Shown one piece after another: positions 38,069 through 49,158 of a stretch of DNA of 64,000 bases. A program made the translations under genes and the position numbers. The stretch is taken from assembly GCA_008632985.1 (NCBI GenBank), contig QPGO01000005.1, forward strand, positions 517,607 to 581,606, written 5' to 3'. The notes under the pieces are model-generated. The model saw only the letters and a program-made list of their open reading frames with translations. It did not search any database and was not told where the DNA came from. Origin of the DNA: Psammoneis japonica. Its lineage: Eukaryota. Numbering within the stretch: position 1 is the first letter of the stretch; each line of letters starts with the position of its first letter.

Positions 38069-38902
38069 CTATTTGTCCTCAGATTTGGCCTTTACAGATG
38101 GGCTTCCGGACGCAGAAGATGGAGCCGTTTTCCTCTTCTTCCTCTCACTCTGCGCAGCCGACAAAAGCGTCCACAAGGAGTCAAACTCTGATTTGTCCTT
38201 TTCGGTGGTTTGGAGGGCTACAAGATTCTCCCAGCTCGCACAGCGGGCGGGGCAGCTCAAGTTGTATGATCCGATCAGGCAAATGTCGTGTGTAATGACC
38301 GTCTTAATGTGCATTTGAGAATAGCGCGAACAATGCATAGTATCCTTCATAACCCACTGCACTTGAATGCGTTGTTTGAAAGCATCGCCCGCCAAAGCAC
38401 CGAACTTGTGGAAGAATTTCTTAAGCGCTTTTTGGTTGAGGTCCTTTTCATCCTTGTACAGAATTAGTCGAACAGGATTGCTCTTGCCGTAATGAATCAA
38501 CATATCGATTGCGAATGGATCTGTTAACATGTAAGCATATACACGAACAAGGGATTCATCCGCGGCATCGTGGAGTGCCTTGGCAATCGCTCGGAGTGGA
38601 TGATCTTTGGGAAGGAGAGGAGACATTTCAGAATCATAGGGTCTTGGTGAGGTCGAGTAGCGAGAACCAACCGCAAGCGTTACATCGGTGTGCAAGTCAT
38701 TGAGGCCTTTGTTGAACCAGCCCGAACCAACATCCTCCGGAGCCAACGACTCATAGTACGCATCTTGGAGCTCCTCATCATTCTGCATTTCCGTTCCCCC
38801 GGCATCATCCTCGTCAGGGTTTCGGGAGACGACAACGGCGTCCTCGAAGAAGGAATACTCTCCGTCAGATACAGAGAGGTCGACGTCCACGTTGCCGCTC
38901 AT
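38069..38902 (-). CDS. Single-HKD phospholipase D-family protein (Nuc/Zucchini-like nuclease fold)
   Basis: VRVYAYMLTD, QMHIKTVITHD...IGSYNLS...WEN; intact with normal Tyr content; start placed at MSGNVD (upstream ATGs to 39109 possible). Confidence 0.75.
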   Translation of the reverse strand: MSGNVDVDLSVSDGEYSFFEDAVVVSRNPDEDDAGGTEMQNDEELQDAYYESLAPEDVGSGWFNKGLNDLHTDVTLAVGSRYSTSPRPYDSEMSPLLPKDHPLRAIAKALHDAADESLVRVYAYMLTDPFAIDMLIHYGKSNPVRLILYKDEKDLNQKALKKFFHKFGALAGDAFKQRIQVQWVMKDTMHCSRYSQMHIKTVITHDICLIGSYNLSCPARCASWENLVALQTTEKDKSEFDSLWTLLSAAQSERKKRKTAPSSASGSPSVKAKSEDK

Positions 38903-39194
38903 GGTGTCAAAGTACGAGTATGACTGTCCCGGTTCTGGTGTTCTACTGGCGTGGATTAGCGTGAACAGCGCGAGCGCACTGGGAGTGGTCGCCTCATTTC
39001 CGTTGAAACAATCATACGGTACGTAAATAAAATGTATGACTGGGAAAGTCAGCATAATATGATATTTAATTGCTTTTAAGATTTTATAAGACAATATAGT
39101 CTTGCCCATTTATTAATATAGACAACGTTTAAGTGATCATACTGCCATTTCGCTTTTACGGTAGGTTGTGCGGAAAGTCATAACGGCTGACATT

Positions 39195-39313
39195 CGTTTC
39201 AACAAAAGAAAATTTGAAACTGCATGTTGAAACCAATTTGGTTTCAACAATTTTTTATAGTTTCAACAAAAAATTGTTGAAACCATTAGTTTCAACAAAA
39301 AGTTGTTTGAAAC
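39195..39313. repeat. Cluster of GTTTCAACAA motifs in both orientations (transposon subterminal-like)
   Basis: About 6-8 copies of GTTTCAA(CAA) or TTGAAAC within 120 bp, abutting the truncated LTR. Confidence 0.6.
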
Positions 39314-40959
39314 GGAGATGATCCGATCTGACAGAAATTGAGTGGAAATGGGTGGAAGAAAAACAACACTCATTGCTGCTGTCGAATGGCAGGTGAGTCT
39401 CCACTCCAGAGACCGTTGCAGGAGCCGAAAGACAGGTGTCGCATGATCGGGCTGTTGTCATTGTTCTTGTGAGCCGAGTGGCTCGAGAGCAAAACTCTCC
39501 GAAAAACTGCACAGCGCGACATGCGCGCGGAGCTGAAAGCGCGCACAACTGTGTGTGACAAACACAACACAGCGCGCGACAAAGCGTGCACAACCAAATC
39601 CTGTTCAAATCCTGTCACTCCCCATTTTGCTTGAGGAAGCCACGAGATCTGAGCAGATCCATGTCTGAAGGCGACCTTGAGATCGAAGTCCCAAAGACAT
39701 GAGGGAACAGAGAAGGCTCCAAACCTGGGCATGACCCCAACGCGTGCTGAGAGCATCAGCGGGGTTGTGGGAACCTTCAAGTGCCTCTTCTTCACAAACA
39801 TGATGAAACGCAAGGGTGGTGTGCCATTTGTGAAACTCGGAGTGCGTGATGGTGGCACTGTCCACAACCAACTTGTTGTTGCCAAACATGGAACTAGTGT
39901 CATGGATCGGGACACCAAGGCAATGCAGCGCGGTGCACAAAAAGACAATCATCTGCTCCACACAAGTCTTTGCAGTGACAAATTGAGACTCGCAGGTCGC
40001 AGACTTGACAGTGACTTGCTTGGCAGATGCCAGGGCACAAAAGAGTCTTTGTGGTGGTCACAACCATGGAAGACAAAACACTTGTCACATGGAATCACCT
40101 CGAGGTCCGTTGCATCTCCCCATTTGCATTGGACGCATTCCAGATGCAGGTGGGAATCCCTGCGACATTGGGCCCGTAGAATTCTGCGTGCGAGCTCCGC
40201 AGCAAAACCACACGGCAATTAAAATGCCAATGATCGCCAACAGAAAATGAGGCAATTTTGCGAACGCACAAACTCGCCCATGATTGCATCACATCATTTT
40301 TTGCTCAGCCAGTTGCAACTGGCACATCATTTGATCTGCAAATCCGTTGCATGAAACGTCTGGGGCTTCGCAAAACAGTGAGTCTGGATAAAAATTGTTT
40401 GTGTCACACGTCAGCACCACGAGCTCCCACCCAGGGCTGGAACACGTCATTGGCCATTCTGCAACTCATCTAGAGTCACGGCATGCTGGCAGTTGCAAGG
40501 GACTCCACATCCATGTTTGCAACAAGGCACACTGTGAAGGAAGCAGAGCTCAGTTTGATTGGCCATGCGGCACAGCTCCTTCATTGTTTTTGCAATGCCA
40601 CAGAAATGTTTCCACCCAGTGTTGAAGAGACCACTCACACGTGCATCGATTGCCCCACTCTCGGCGCATCCAGCAATCTTCGCAGGATTGAGAACTGGCA
40701 CTTCAGGCATCCTGATTTCCTTGTCAGACAAATCAGAAGCTCCAACATGATGGGACTTGACAATGGCTGCAGTGCTCTCCCCATCAGGAGGATCGAAATG
40801 CAAGTTGCAGGCCAAAAGGTGTGGGCCCACTTGCCCGGCAATGTCAACAGAGTGCTTGGACTGTGTGAGATGCACCAGGGTTGGGTTGGCATCCATCACG
40901 CTGGCCTTTGCAGAGGGTGCAGGAATCAAAGCATTGTCATGAGGACTTGCAGACAAGTT

Positions 40960-41215
40960 TGCATCACCATCGCTCCCCACATGAAGGTCACAGAGACTGA
41001 CAACAGCCGAGGTGGCAGCTGCATCGTGAGCCATTGCAGACAAATTAATGTCGCCATCACTCCCCACACGAAGGTCACAGACACCATCGCTCCCCACATG
41101 AAGGTCATGGAGACTGACAACAGCTGAGGTGGCAGCTGCATCATGAGCCATTGCAGACAAATTGGTGTCACCATCACTCCCCACACGAAGGTCACAGAGA
41201 CTGACAGCAGCCGAA
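40960..41215 (-). repeat. About 120-bp tandem repeats inside gag
   Basis: Repeated VSL(C/H)DL(R/H)VGSDG peptide, 4 copies. Confidence 0.8.
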
Positions 41216-43574
41216 TCATGGAGATTGGCAGAATTGTTGAGATTGGCAGTGCGGGGTGCATGGCGTCCAAGGATTGTGGCCTCAGTGAACTGCGGTGGAG
41301 TGTCTGGCATCTTGGTCAACCTGATCTCCCCATCATTTAAACCAGCAGTGTCATCATGATGGAACTGAATGATGGGCATCATGCTCTCCCCATCAGGATG
41401 GTCAAGATGCAAAGTGCAAGCCAAAGGACTCAGAGACAGGAGGTGACACAAATCACCAGGTGGCAAAGGCTTGTGCTCAACAAGATGGGCTGAGAGAGGA
41501 CCATCATCCTCTGCATTGACAGCGGGCATGTCTGCATCGGGTGGTTCAAGAGCCGATGCATTGTCAGGAGACATGACGTGCAATTTGACATCACCGTCAC
41601 TGCCAACACGAAGCTCAGAAAAATTGGCAGTGGGACGCAGAGCTTGGGACTTGGAAACAATGGCCTTGGCAGATGGAGGCAAAGCGCCCCAAATGCACTG
41701 GTCACCAGGAGGGATGCGACGCCACTGTTCACCGGCAAGACCGGGGGCACGATGGCGGGGCGCATCTTTGGTGCGAGAGGCGCAGGCTTGTGCAACATCA
41801 ATGTCGCTGTCAATGTCAAAGAAGACATCATCGTCAGCATCCACAGGTTCAATGTTGTGGGCGCAGATGGAATGACGCGGAGCTTTGGATGCTGCTTTGG
41901 GGTTGAAAGTGCCATCATGCTGAGCAGCTGCAGAAAGCAGCAGACCACAACACTGTTCGTAAGTGAGACTGCGACCAGTCTGAGTGCGGAACTGATCAGC
42001 TTGGTTTTTGACTGAGTGAAGCTCATCAACGGCATGGACTGCATTTTCTAACATGATGCACTTCTGGCCAGCAGAAAAATGATCTGCAGCCGGGATGAGA
42101 GCATCGCACTTGCGAAGTTGGTCTTGCCAATGGAGTGCAAAGGCTTGCGTGGAACCCTTCCACGTGCCATCACCAAGACGTGCAGTGGTGAGGTGCACAA
42201 GGAGCGTGGATGACTCAAGGGAAGCATGAGCAGATGCAAGGGCATGCTCGGACAGTTCCCGAAATGCCGTTTGAGCATCCGAGAGGGTGACATGCTCACG
42301 AACAAGAGCTTTGCCCTTGTCAGTTTGCAAAATGCGCTCAAAGACGGCGAACATGTGCTTCTGCTTCTTGTCAAACAATTGCTGGTCAGCAGAACTTGAT
42401 GGCTTGTACTTTGGATCAAGAACATGTGCCACGTCTTGTGCACGAGCTTGAGCAATGATGGGCGCATGCCATGTGTGCCACTGCTCATCAGACTTCAGGG
42501 TCATGAAAGCAGTTGGATCGCGGTTGATGCCACACTTGAATTCGTGAACTGGGTCACGTGGTTTAGGAGGCAAGGAGCCTGGTGCAGGAGCAGAAGGTGC
42601 CGCACTTGAAGAGAGAGAGATGCGATGCACTCGGGACTGACACGGTGTTCCTGAAACTCGTCGCACTCAATCACATGAGGGTTGTTGGTGACATCGGCAC
42701 CGCCACGACCTTCAACAATGTAAAAGCCAATCAAAGCAGATGGGAGGCATTGACAACCGCGTGGCAGGGGAGCGTGATTTGTGCCATCATCGCAAACAAG
42801 AGCAGCGACTTGTTCGGGCATGAAGGTGAACAAATTGGCGCACGAATCAGTGCCATCAATGCCCAAAGCAGATCGAAGGGGACTGTCGGCCTGTTGATCG
42901 AGTGCAGCACCGACAATGTGCTCAAATCCATCGGTTTGCTGTTGCCTGGTAAGAACCATGTTCGCGACTCCTGCTGCTTGTTCCTGCTGAAGCTTTCAAA
43001 GCAGCCGAGGTTTGATCCTTGCGGTTCTACAGAACACACTTCCAATGACCAGGTCAATGAAACTGCCACAGAGATTTGCTCTCTTGCAGCAAGCAGTTCG
43101 ATTGCACAATTGTCCTCGCAAACCTTGAAGCTTGCCAAGTGGCCAAAGTTCAACATCCGTCTGCCCCTCAGAACACACTTTCATGAGCAATGTCAGAGCA
43201 GGACTCTCGACAACTAGCGTGTGCCAGATCACCGAAATTGCACCAAGTGTGCATGCACTGTTGGCACGCAAAAACATTCGTCACGGCACAAAGAAACTCC
43301 GACGGGATGCGAGGGAACAATGAAGGGAGCGATGACAAGCAGCGCGTCAGGTGCACTCTAGTCTGTCACTGAACCGCATCCCTCAGTGTGCACTTGCCTG
43401 TGCAGGGATGGAATCCAGAAATGGGAATCCGGAGCTTCGATGGGAGGAAGATCTGGAAAATCGTTCCGAAACAATGTTCCGAATGAAGAACTTCAGCAAT
43501 GAAGGTTCTTGAACAAGCTTCCACCACAAAAATGCGCGTCGAATGGAGAAATGATGATGACGCTCGAGAGCTCA

Positions 43575-44510
43575 GGCCAACCCTGACCGAGCGAAAAAAG
43601 AAAATGAAAAAGACGAAACAGCTCGAAAAGCTCGAACTTACCCGGATTTTCACCCTCGACTCTTTTTCAACTCGGCAGAAATGAAAAAAGAGTCCGACTC
43701 TTTTTTCACAAACCCGGAAGCATGAAAAAAGAGAAAAGAGTGATGTGGGCCGCATGCTGTCATGCATTTCGTACATGCGTCTTGGTTTGCGTAGGACACC
43801 AGTGAAGCAATCCAAAGTTCGCCTCACGCACCGCATCATCAAGTCGCCATGGCGGTCTGTGATTGTTTTTGACAACTTCTTTCAATGTCATGACTGCAAA
43901 AGTAACACCAGTTGACAATTTGAAGCAGGTGTGACATGAATCTTGAAGGAATTGGTGAAGTGTGCAGCAGTTCTTCTACAACAGACCTTTTGTCTTCAAA
44001 TGATGTTGCTGGTCTTGATGTGCATCATAGAAAGTCGACACATGAGGTCCCCAAAGCAGATCTGCATGACACAGAAATGACCATGCTGACCAATTTAGAT
44101 GCAACTTGTTCAATGGTGCCATTCTTGTGTTGTTTGATTTTAGATTGGGGGCTCGAAATGGCCCGAGAAGTGCACAAAAACTTTCCACTTGACAACCACT
44201 TGAGTCATCCCATGAGCCTGTTGCATTTGCACTGAACAAAAAAAGAAATGGCACCCACTGATTGAGAAAAAAAATGGAGGTTCTGATGGTGTCATTCTCA
44301 TTGTCACAAGGTAGAACTTCGATGCCGTTATGGTCGTCATCTTCATTGTCGTGTGAGGCCTCTCGCTTTGCTCATCATCAGCATGCCCAAGACACCCGGA
44401 TGTTTGGCTTTTTAATTTTCACGCCGGTTGGGTCACCAAAACGAGAAAACGAAAAAAGAGTTGAGGTTGGCTCTTTTTCATTTTCTTTTTTCGCTCAGCT
44501 GGGGTTGGCC
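43575..44510. mobile_element. Non-autonomous PIF/Harbinger-like TIR element inserted in the Copia 5' region
   Basis: About 38-bp TIRs GGCCAACCC..GAGCGAAAAAAGAAAATGAAAAAGA; 3-bp TSD TCA on both sides. Confidence 0.75.
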
Positions 44511-46521
44511 TCAGTGGGTCAACAAGCAGTTCGAGACTGTCAATCTGACAGAAATTGAGCGGAAATGGGTGGAAGAAAAACAATGCTCCTTGCTGCTGTC
44601 GAATGGCAGGTGAGTCTCCACTCCAGAGACCGTTGCAGGAGCCGAAAGACAGGTGTCGCATGATCGGGCTGTTGTTGTCATTCTTGTGAGCCGAGTGGCT
44701 CGAGAGCAAAACTCTCCGAAAAACTGCATCGCGCGACATGCGCGCGGAACTAAAAGCACACACAACTGTGTGTGACAAACACAACACAGCGCGCGACAAA
44801 GCGCGCACAACTAAATCCTGTTCAAATCCTGTCACGATCGGCGATTTTTGACCTCTGTGAAAACACGAGAGAGAGGGCCTTGGAGATGTAGACTGCTGGT
44901 TCAGCAAAAATGGCCTCACTGTCATCCAAGTCAAGCAGCAATTTTGCCGCAAGCTCACAATCACACTCTGCTGCTTGCACAGGGCCGTGACATGAGTTCC
45001 TCGTGCATGTGCCAGGGTGAGTGAGATCAGCTTTGGCCATGGCATTCATCCATTTTTTTCCATTTTCTTTGCAGCACTCAGTCACTCTCCTTGAACACAG
45101 ACAGCACCCAATCCAGTCATCCAAAAGCAACAGCACATCCCCTGCAAGCATGCTCAACATCGCCAGCAAATTGTGCTTGTGTCGCCAGCAATCCCATGGG
45201 AGCATGCACTGTTCGTCCCAAACCCATCTGCAGACACAGGCCCCTGAGCAACACTTCTAACTTGACCATCATCTGCACATGTAAAAAACATGTCACCTTC
45301 GTGATCGTCTTGAGCACGGCAAGCAGCATTGTGCTTGCGATGGTTTTTGCAAAGCCTTTCCTTGGAGATTGGCTTTGTTGCTTCGTGCACTTTTTCAAAA
45401 AGATGCTGTAAGTTGTTCTCTGTTGGAGAGTGAATCCCAACCTCAGCACAAAATTCTGCCAACTTTGCCGGCAACAATTCAGCCTTGAATGTGGCCAGCG
45501 CTGCACTCAGGCTCAGCTCCAAAAACTGGCAAGCACCCGTGTTGACAGAGGCATCACTGTCAGAACGACAGGTGAGTGTTTCCCCACAAGTGTTGCAATG
45601 CCACTTCTCTGCACAGTCCCATCCCCACCATGTTTTTGGCTTTTGAGCATCATTTTGTGCCGACACACAAGCGCACGCTGCTGCAGCCCATCTGAGAAAT
45701 CAGTTGACACATCAATGTCAACCAATTTCTCACCCGACTCAATGGTCCCACCACGCTGACTGGTTGCAGACACTGGATCATGCAAAGGCATTTTTTTGAG
45801 CTGTCAGACACATTGGGAGCATCGCTGCCATTGTTGTTCTCCTTGTCATTCTCCTTGTAGCCTGCTTTCTGACAATGTCTGAGTTGCTTCCACGATGGCC
45901 GTGCCGTCCTTTTCTCTGGCTTCACTCAAGAAGTGGTTGTTCCCAATCCCATGAGGTGGGCACTGTTCAGACTCCTGAGCTTGACAGCAGCTGCACTGGA
46001 GTTGTTCCCCCACCAAAGCAACAGTGCAGCAGCGCATCCCTTGGCACGTGTCCACTCACAGAGCAACTGAATTTGAAGTGCCTTGGAGAGCAGACAAGAC
46101 ATTGGACTTACGAAGCCCTGGAAAGCCACCACATTGCAGGGCCTCATGTGTGAGGTCACTGTCCATCCACATGCATTGCAAGCTAGCCGGAAAGGCAGTG
46201 ACAAGAAGTCGCATGGCTTCCGTAATCTCCATGGTCATTTTTGTGTTTTTGTGATGGAAAAAATGTTGTGCTTTTGTCGCTGAGGTACAGACTTGCGGGG
46301 GATCCACATTGAGCATCATGATGCGCAGGCCATGAGATCATGATTCACTTGCATGTGTTCCCTTGTAAAAGAAAACCCTTGAGTGCTTGTCTTTGTCCAC
46401 ATGATGTCACGTTGGCGACTGCCACACACCTCACTCTCCATCGTGAATCGTGAGTCTGTGCGCGCGGTGTGTGGTCGATGCACAAAGACTCACGATGGAG
46501 AGTGCTGCTGCCTGGCTCTAG

Positions 46522-47394
46522 CTGGTGACCCATGGCAGCCTTCGCCTTTCTCAAATCAGACTCCTTCTCGTAAAAGACGAACCAAGTGTTGTCTCTGTTC
46601 CTGTCTTCCTGGCAGATGAGTGCACCCGTGCGTTTCTGAAGGTTCCGCAAATTGCAGCCACGCCGTCCGATGAATGAGCCCACATTTGCCTTGCAACTGA
46701 GACCACTTTCCACCTTCACATCCTTTGCCATGGTGGCACACTTGGCAGACATGTTTTGAGAGGACGAAATCTCACTAGAGTCAAGATCTTCCAGCTGCGT
46801 TTCGGCCAAGCGGACAAGCTTGTCAACATCCGAAGCAGCCCAATCGATCATCCTTGACGTCAGGGGCCTCTCTGCCCAAAATGCTGGGTTGCATTGATGG
46901 ACAGATTTGTCCCTCGCCTCATTTTCGGCGGCGCCATTCCAGGAAAGGACATCGTTTAAACTCTTGTCCTCCATGCCAGTGATGACCGAATGGAAGCAGC
47001 TTGTGTCATGGACACTGTGAGCAAGAATGCCACAGTGATGGTGCAAAGCATCACAGTCCATGCGACAGTCATGAATGATCTTTGCAATTGACTCACACTC
47101 AAAAAGCTTCTTCAGTGCTGCTGGACGCTGCTTTCGAAGGCTGGCATCACCTTTCTTTCCCACGTCTGCAATGAAGACGTCATCTGCAGATGTCTCAGAT
47201 TGGGGGAAAGAGACGGAGACCAGTTCGATTGTTCCCAATTGACTCAGATTGACTCCTTCGCAATCGAATGCGACGCGCATCTCATCTGCTGCTTCATCAG
47301 CCGATGCCACAGCACGATCGACGTTGGCAAAGAATGCAAGTGCGCCCGCACTGGAAGCCCTCTGGGCTTCGTCGTCGACAACAAGCACTGGCAT
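46522..47394 (-). pseudogene. DEDD 3'-5' exonuclease (EXD1/Egalitarian-like) + KH domain gene, hypermutated copy
   Basis: VAFDCEG, KIIHDCRMDCDAL, VHDT, FW..RPLT..MIDWAASDV; KH VGSFIGRRG.N; ancestral stop at 46522-46524 inferred from the duplicate at 8205. Confidence 0.8.
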
Positions 47395-47676
47395 CCTTCT
47401 CGTTCAACAACTTATGCGCCGATTCGTCCGTTCAGTTGATCGCAACTGCAGTGGTGCTCCAAGGAAGTAGCACCCCCACAGGATTTGAACTGAAATCTTT
47501 GAGATTTGATTGGTCCGCGAAAATTTCAACGGCACGCACAAGAGTGACGGTATTATCGCGATTGAGCTTCTGGACTTTTCTATGATGCGTGAATTCATAC
47601 ATACATACATTCGCATACGTTCATCATTCCTTCAACTCTCTATAACGCAATACGGAGAACGACGAAGAATCCTATC

Positions 47677-48759
47677 TTACTTCTTTGTTGCAGAATAAGA
47701 AGCACCTTCATCCAAACTCTCTCGGTTCGGCATATCGGACGAGTATGACCGCCAGTATGGAAAGGCCCCATTGCGGGTGAGTTGCCATGCCTCGTCAAAA
47801 GCATTCAGCAAGTTGTCAGAGAGAGCATCCTTGGTGACTGCAGCATGGCACCCCTGCAGGTTTTGTTGTAACTGTTCGAGAGAGGATGCTCCCAACAAGA
47901 CGCCATCAGTTTCATCCAACACAGAATGGCGCAACAGCCACCGGTAGGTTGCCTCCACCATGGAAATCCCACCGTCTCCTTCTTGCTCACACGCCTTTTG
48001 AATAAAACCAATGGCATCAAAATTTTCCTTGGTATAGAACCGCGGTAGGTAGTTTTCATTGTTTTTAAATCGTCCCTCTTGCACGTCACTTTGCATCTTG
48101 TGCTTTCCTGTCAAGAGTCCAGCCGCCAGCGGATTGTACGCAACAAAACTACACTTGTGCTGTTTCAAAAGCGGCAGCAAGCCCTGTTCCACTACACGAT
48201 TGAGCGGATTGTACAATCCCTGATAGACCGATGGCTTTGTCAATCCGTTCTGTTCACACAATTCAAAGGCTCGAGCCATTTCGCTTGCGTGGTAATTACT
48301 CATTCCAATGGTATCAACAATACCTTCTGACACTAACTGATGCGTACACTTGAGACTTTCCAACAAGGAGTGCTCCTGATCTGGTTGATGGAGATAGTAT
48401 TCTCCTATGCGAGTGACACCCATGGCTTGTAACGATGCTTGCACCTGTCCTCGAATACCCTCTGGAGATAAGCCTCCTTTTACCGACGGATGAGCCTTTG
48501 TTCCCAACACAATTTTCTCTCGTTGATCAGCACTGGCTTGTTGGAGGGCATGGCCCACCATGGGTTCTGTTTTTCCACCGGCATAAATACGTGCCGTGTC
48601 GACATGGTGAACATTGGATTCGAAATTGGATTCGTTTGAATTGCAAAAGATATTCAACATTTCAGTAGCAACCCCTTCATCCACCATGGACGACGTTTGA
48701 CCGCTCCAACCAAACGTCATGGTGCCGAGGTATAAGCGAGGAACGACCGTGACTCGCAT
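47677..48759 (-). CDS. Aldo-keto reductase, AKR7 (aflatoxin aldehyde reductase)-like
   Basis: LGTMTFG, DTARIYAGGKTE, TKAHP, YYLHQPD, GMSNY, YQGLYN, YNPLAAG. Confidence 0.92.
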   Translation of the reverse strand: MRVTVVPRLYLGTMTFGWSGQTSSMVDEGVATEMLNIFCNSNESNFESNVHHVDTARIYAGGKTEPMVGHALQQASADQREKIVLGTKAHPSVKGGLSPEGIRGQVQASLQAMGVTRIGEYYLHQPDQEHSLLESLKCTHQLVSEGIVDTIGMSNYHASEMARAFELCEQNGLTKPSVYQGLYNPLNRVVEQGLLPLLKQHKCSFVAYNPLAAGLLTGKHKMQSDVQEGRFKNNENYLPRFYTKENFDAIGFIQKACEQEGDGGISMVEATYRWLLRHSVLDETDGVLLGASSLEQLQQNLQGCHAAVTKDALSDNLLNAFDEAWQLTRNGAFPYWRSYSSDMPNRESLDEGASYSATKK

Positions 48760-49158
48760 AGTGGTTCAATAACCTTAGAAACTTATTGTATTATGAAAGG
48801 GTTGAAAGTTCAAAGAAACGAAACGATGTCAGCGGTGATGTTCGATAAAGTCAACAAGAAAGAAGCGTGAAAATCTCCGCGAACGACGAGCGAGCGTCGG
48901 ATGCAGTCAGACATCAGAGAAAAGATCTTCTCTCTTCAATCGGGCACCTCGCTCATTCATTTCAACTCACAGCCAAAGCATCATTTCTAAAACAGTATTC
49001 ATCGTAGTAGCTTTCTACATACGAACTTTCTACGGTATCACGTTTCTCTGTACGAATTTTTGGCGCGAGACTTCCGCCTCATTTTTTCACTTCACTTCAT
49101 CGCGAGAACGCTTGTTGGTGCCCTGCATATCTTTGCATCTGATTCAAAGAACTGTATC

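Larger units (their letters stand above)
39326..44834 (-). mobile_element. Internally deleted Copia (CoDi-I-like) element
   Basis: 292-bp direct repeats 39326-39617 and 44543-44834 starting TGACAGG on the minus strand; PPT AAAATGGGGAG at 39618-39628; gag DPVHEFKCGINRDP...AQARAQDV; RH remnant LGVPI..MFGNN..VVDSAT, NPADAL..WGH. Confidence 0.85.

Noticed and set aside
44835..46340. Possible zinc-finger transposase remnant (WHCNTCG)
   Set aside because: Cys/His are inflated by the mutation process and no further motif was recognisable.
38069..47394. PLD nuclease + EXD-KH as a clustered piRNA-like operon encoding the mutator
   Set aside because: They are 7 kb apart and separated by TEs, the exonuclease copy is itself mutated, and neither has a deaminase (HxE...PCxxC) or polymerase motif.
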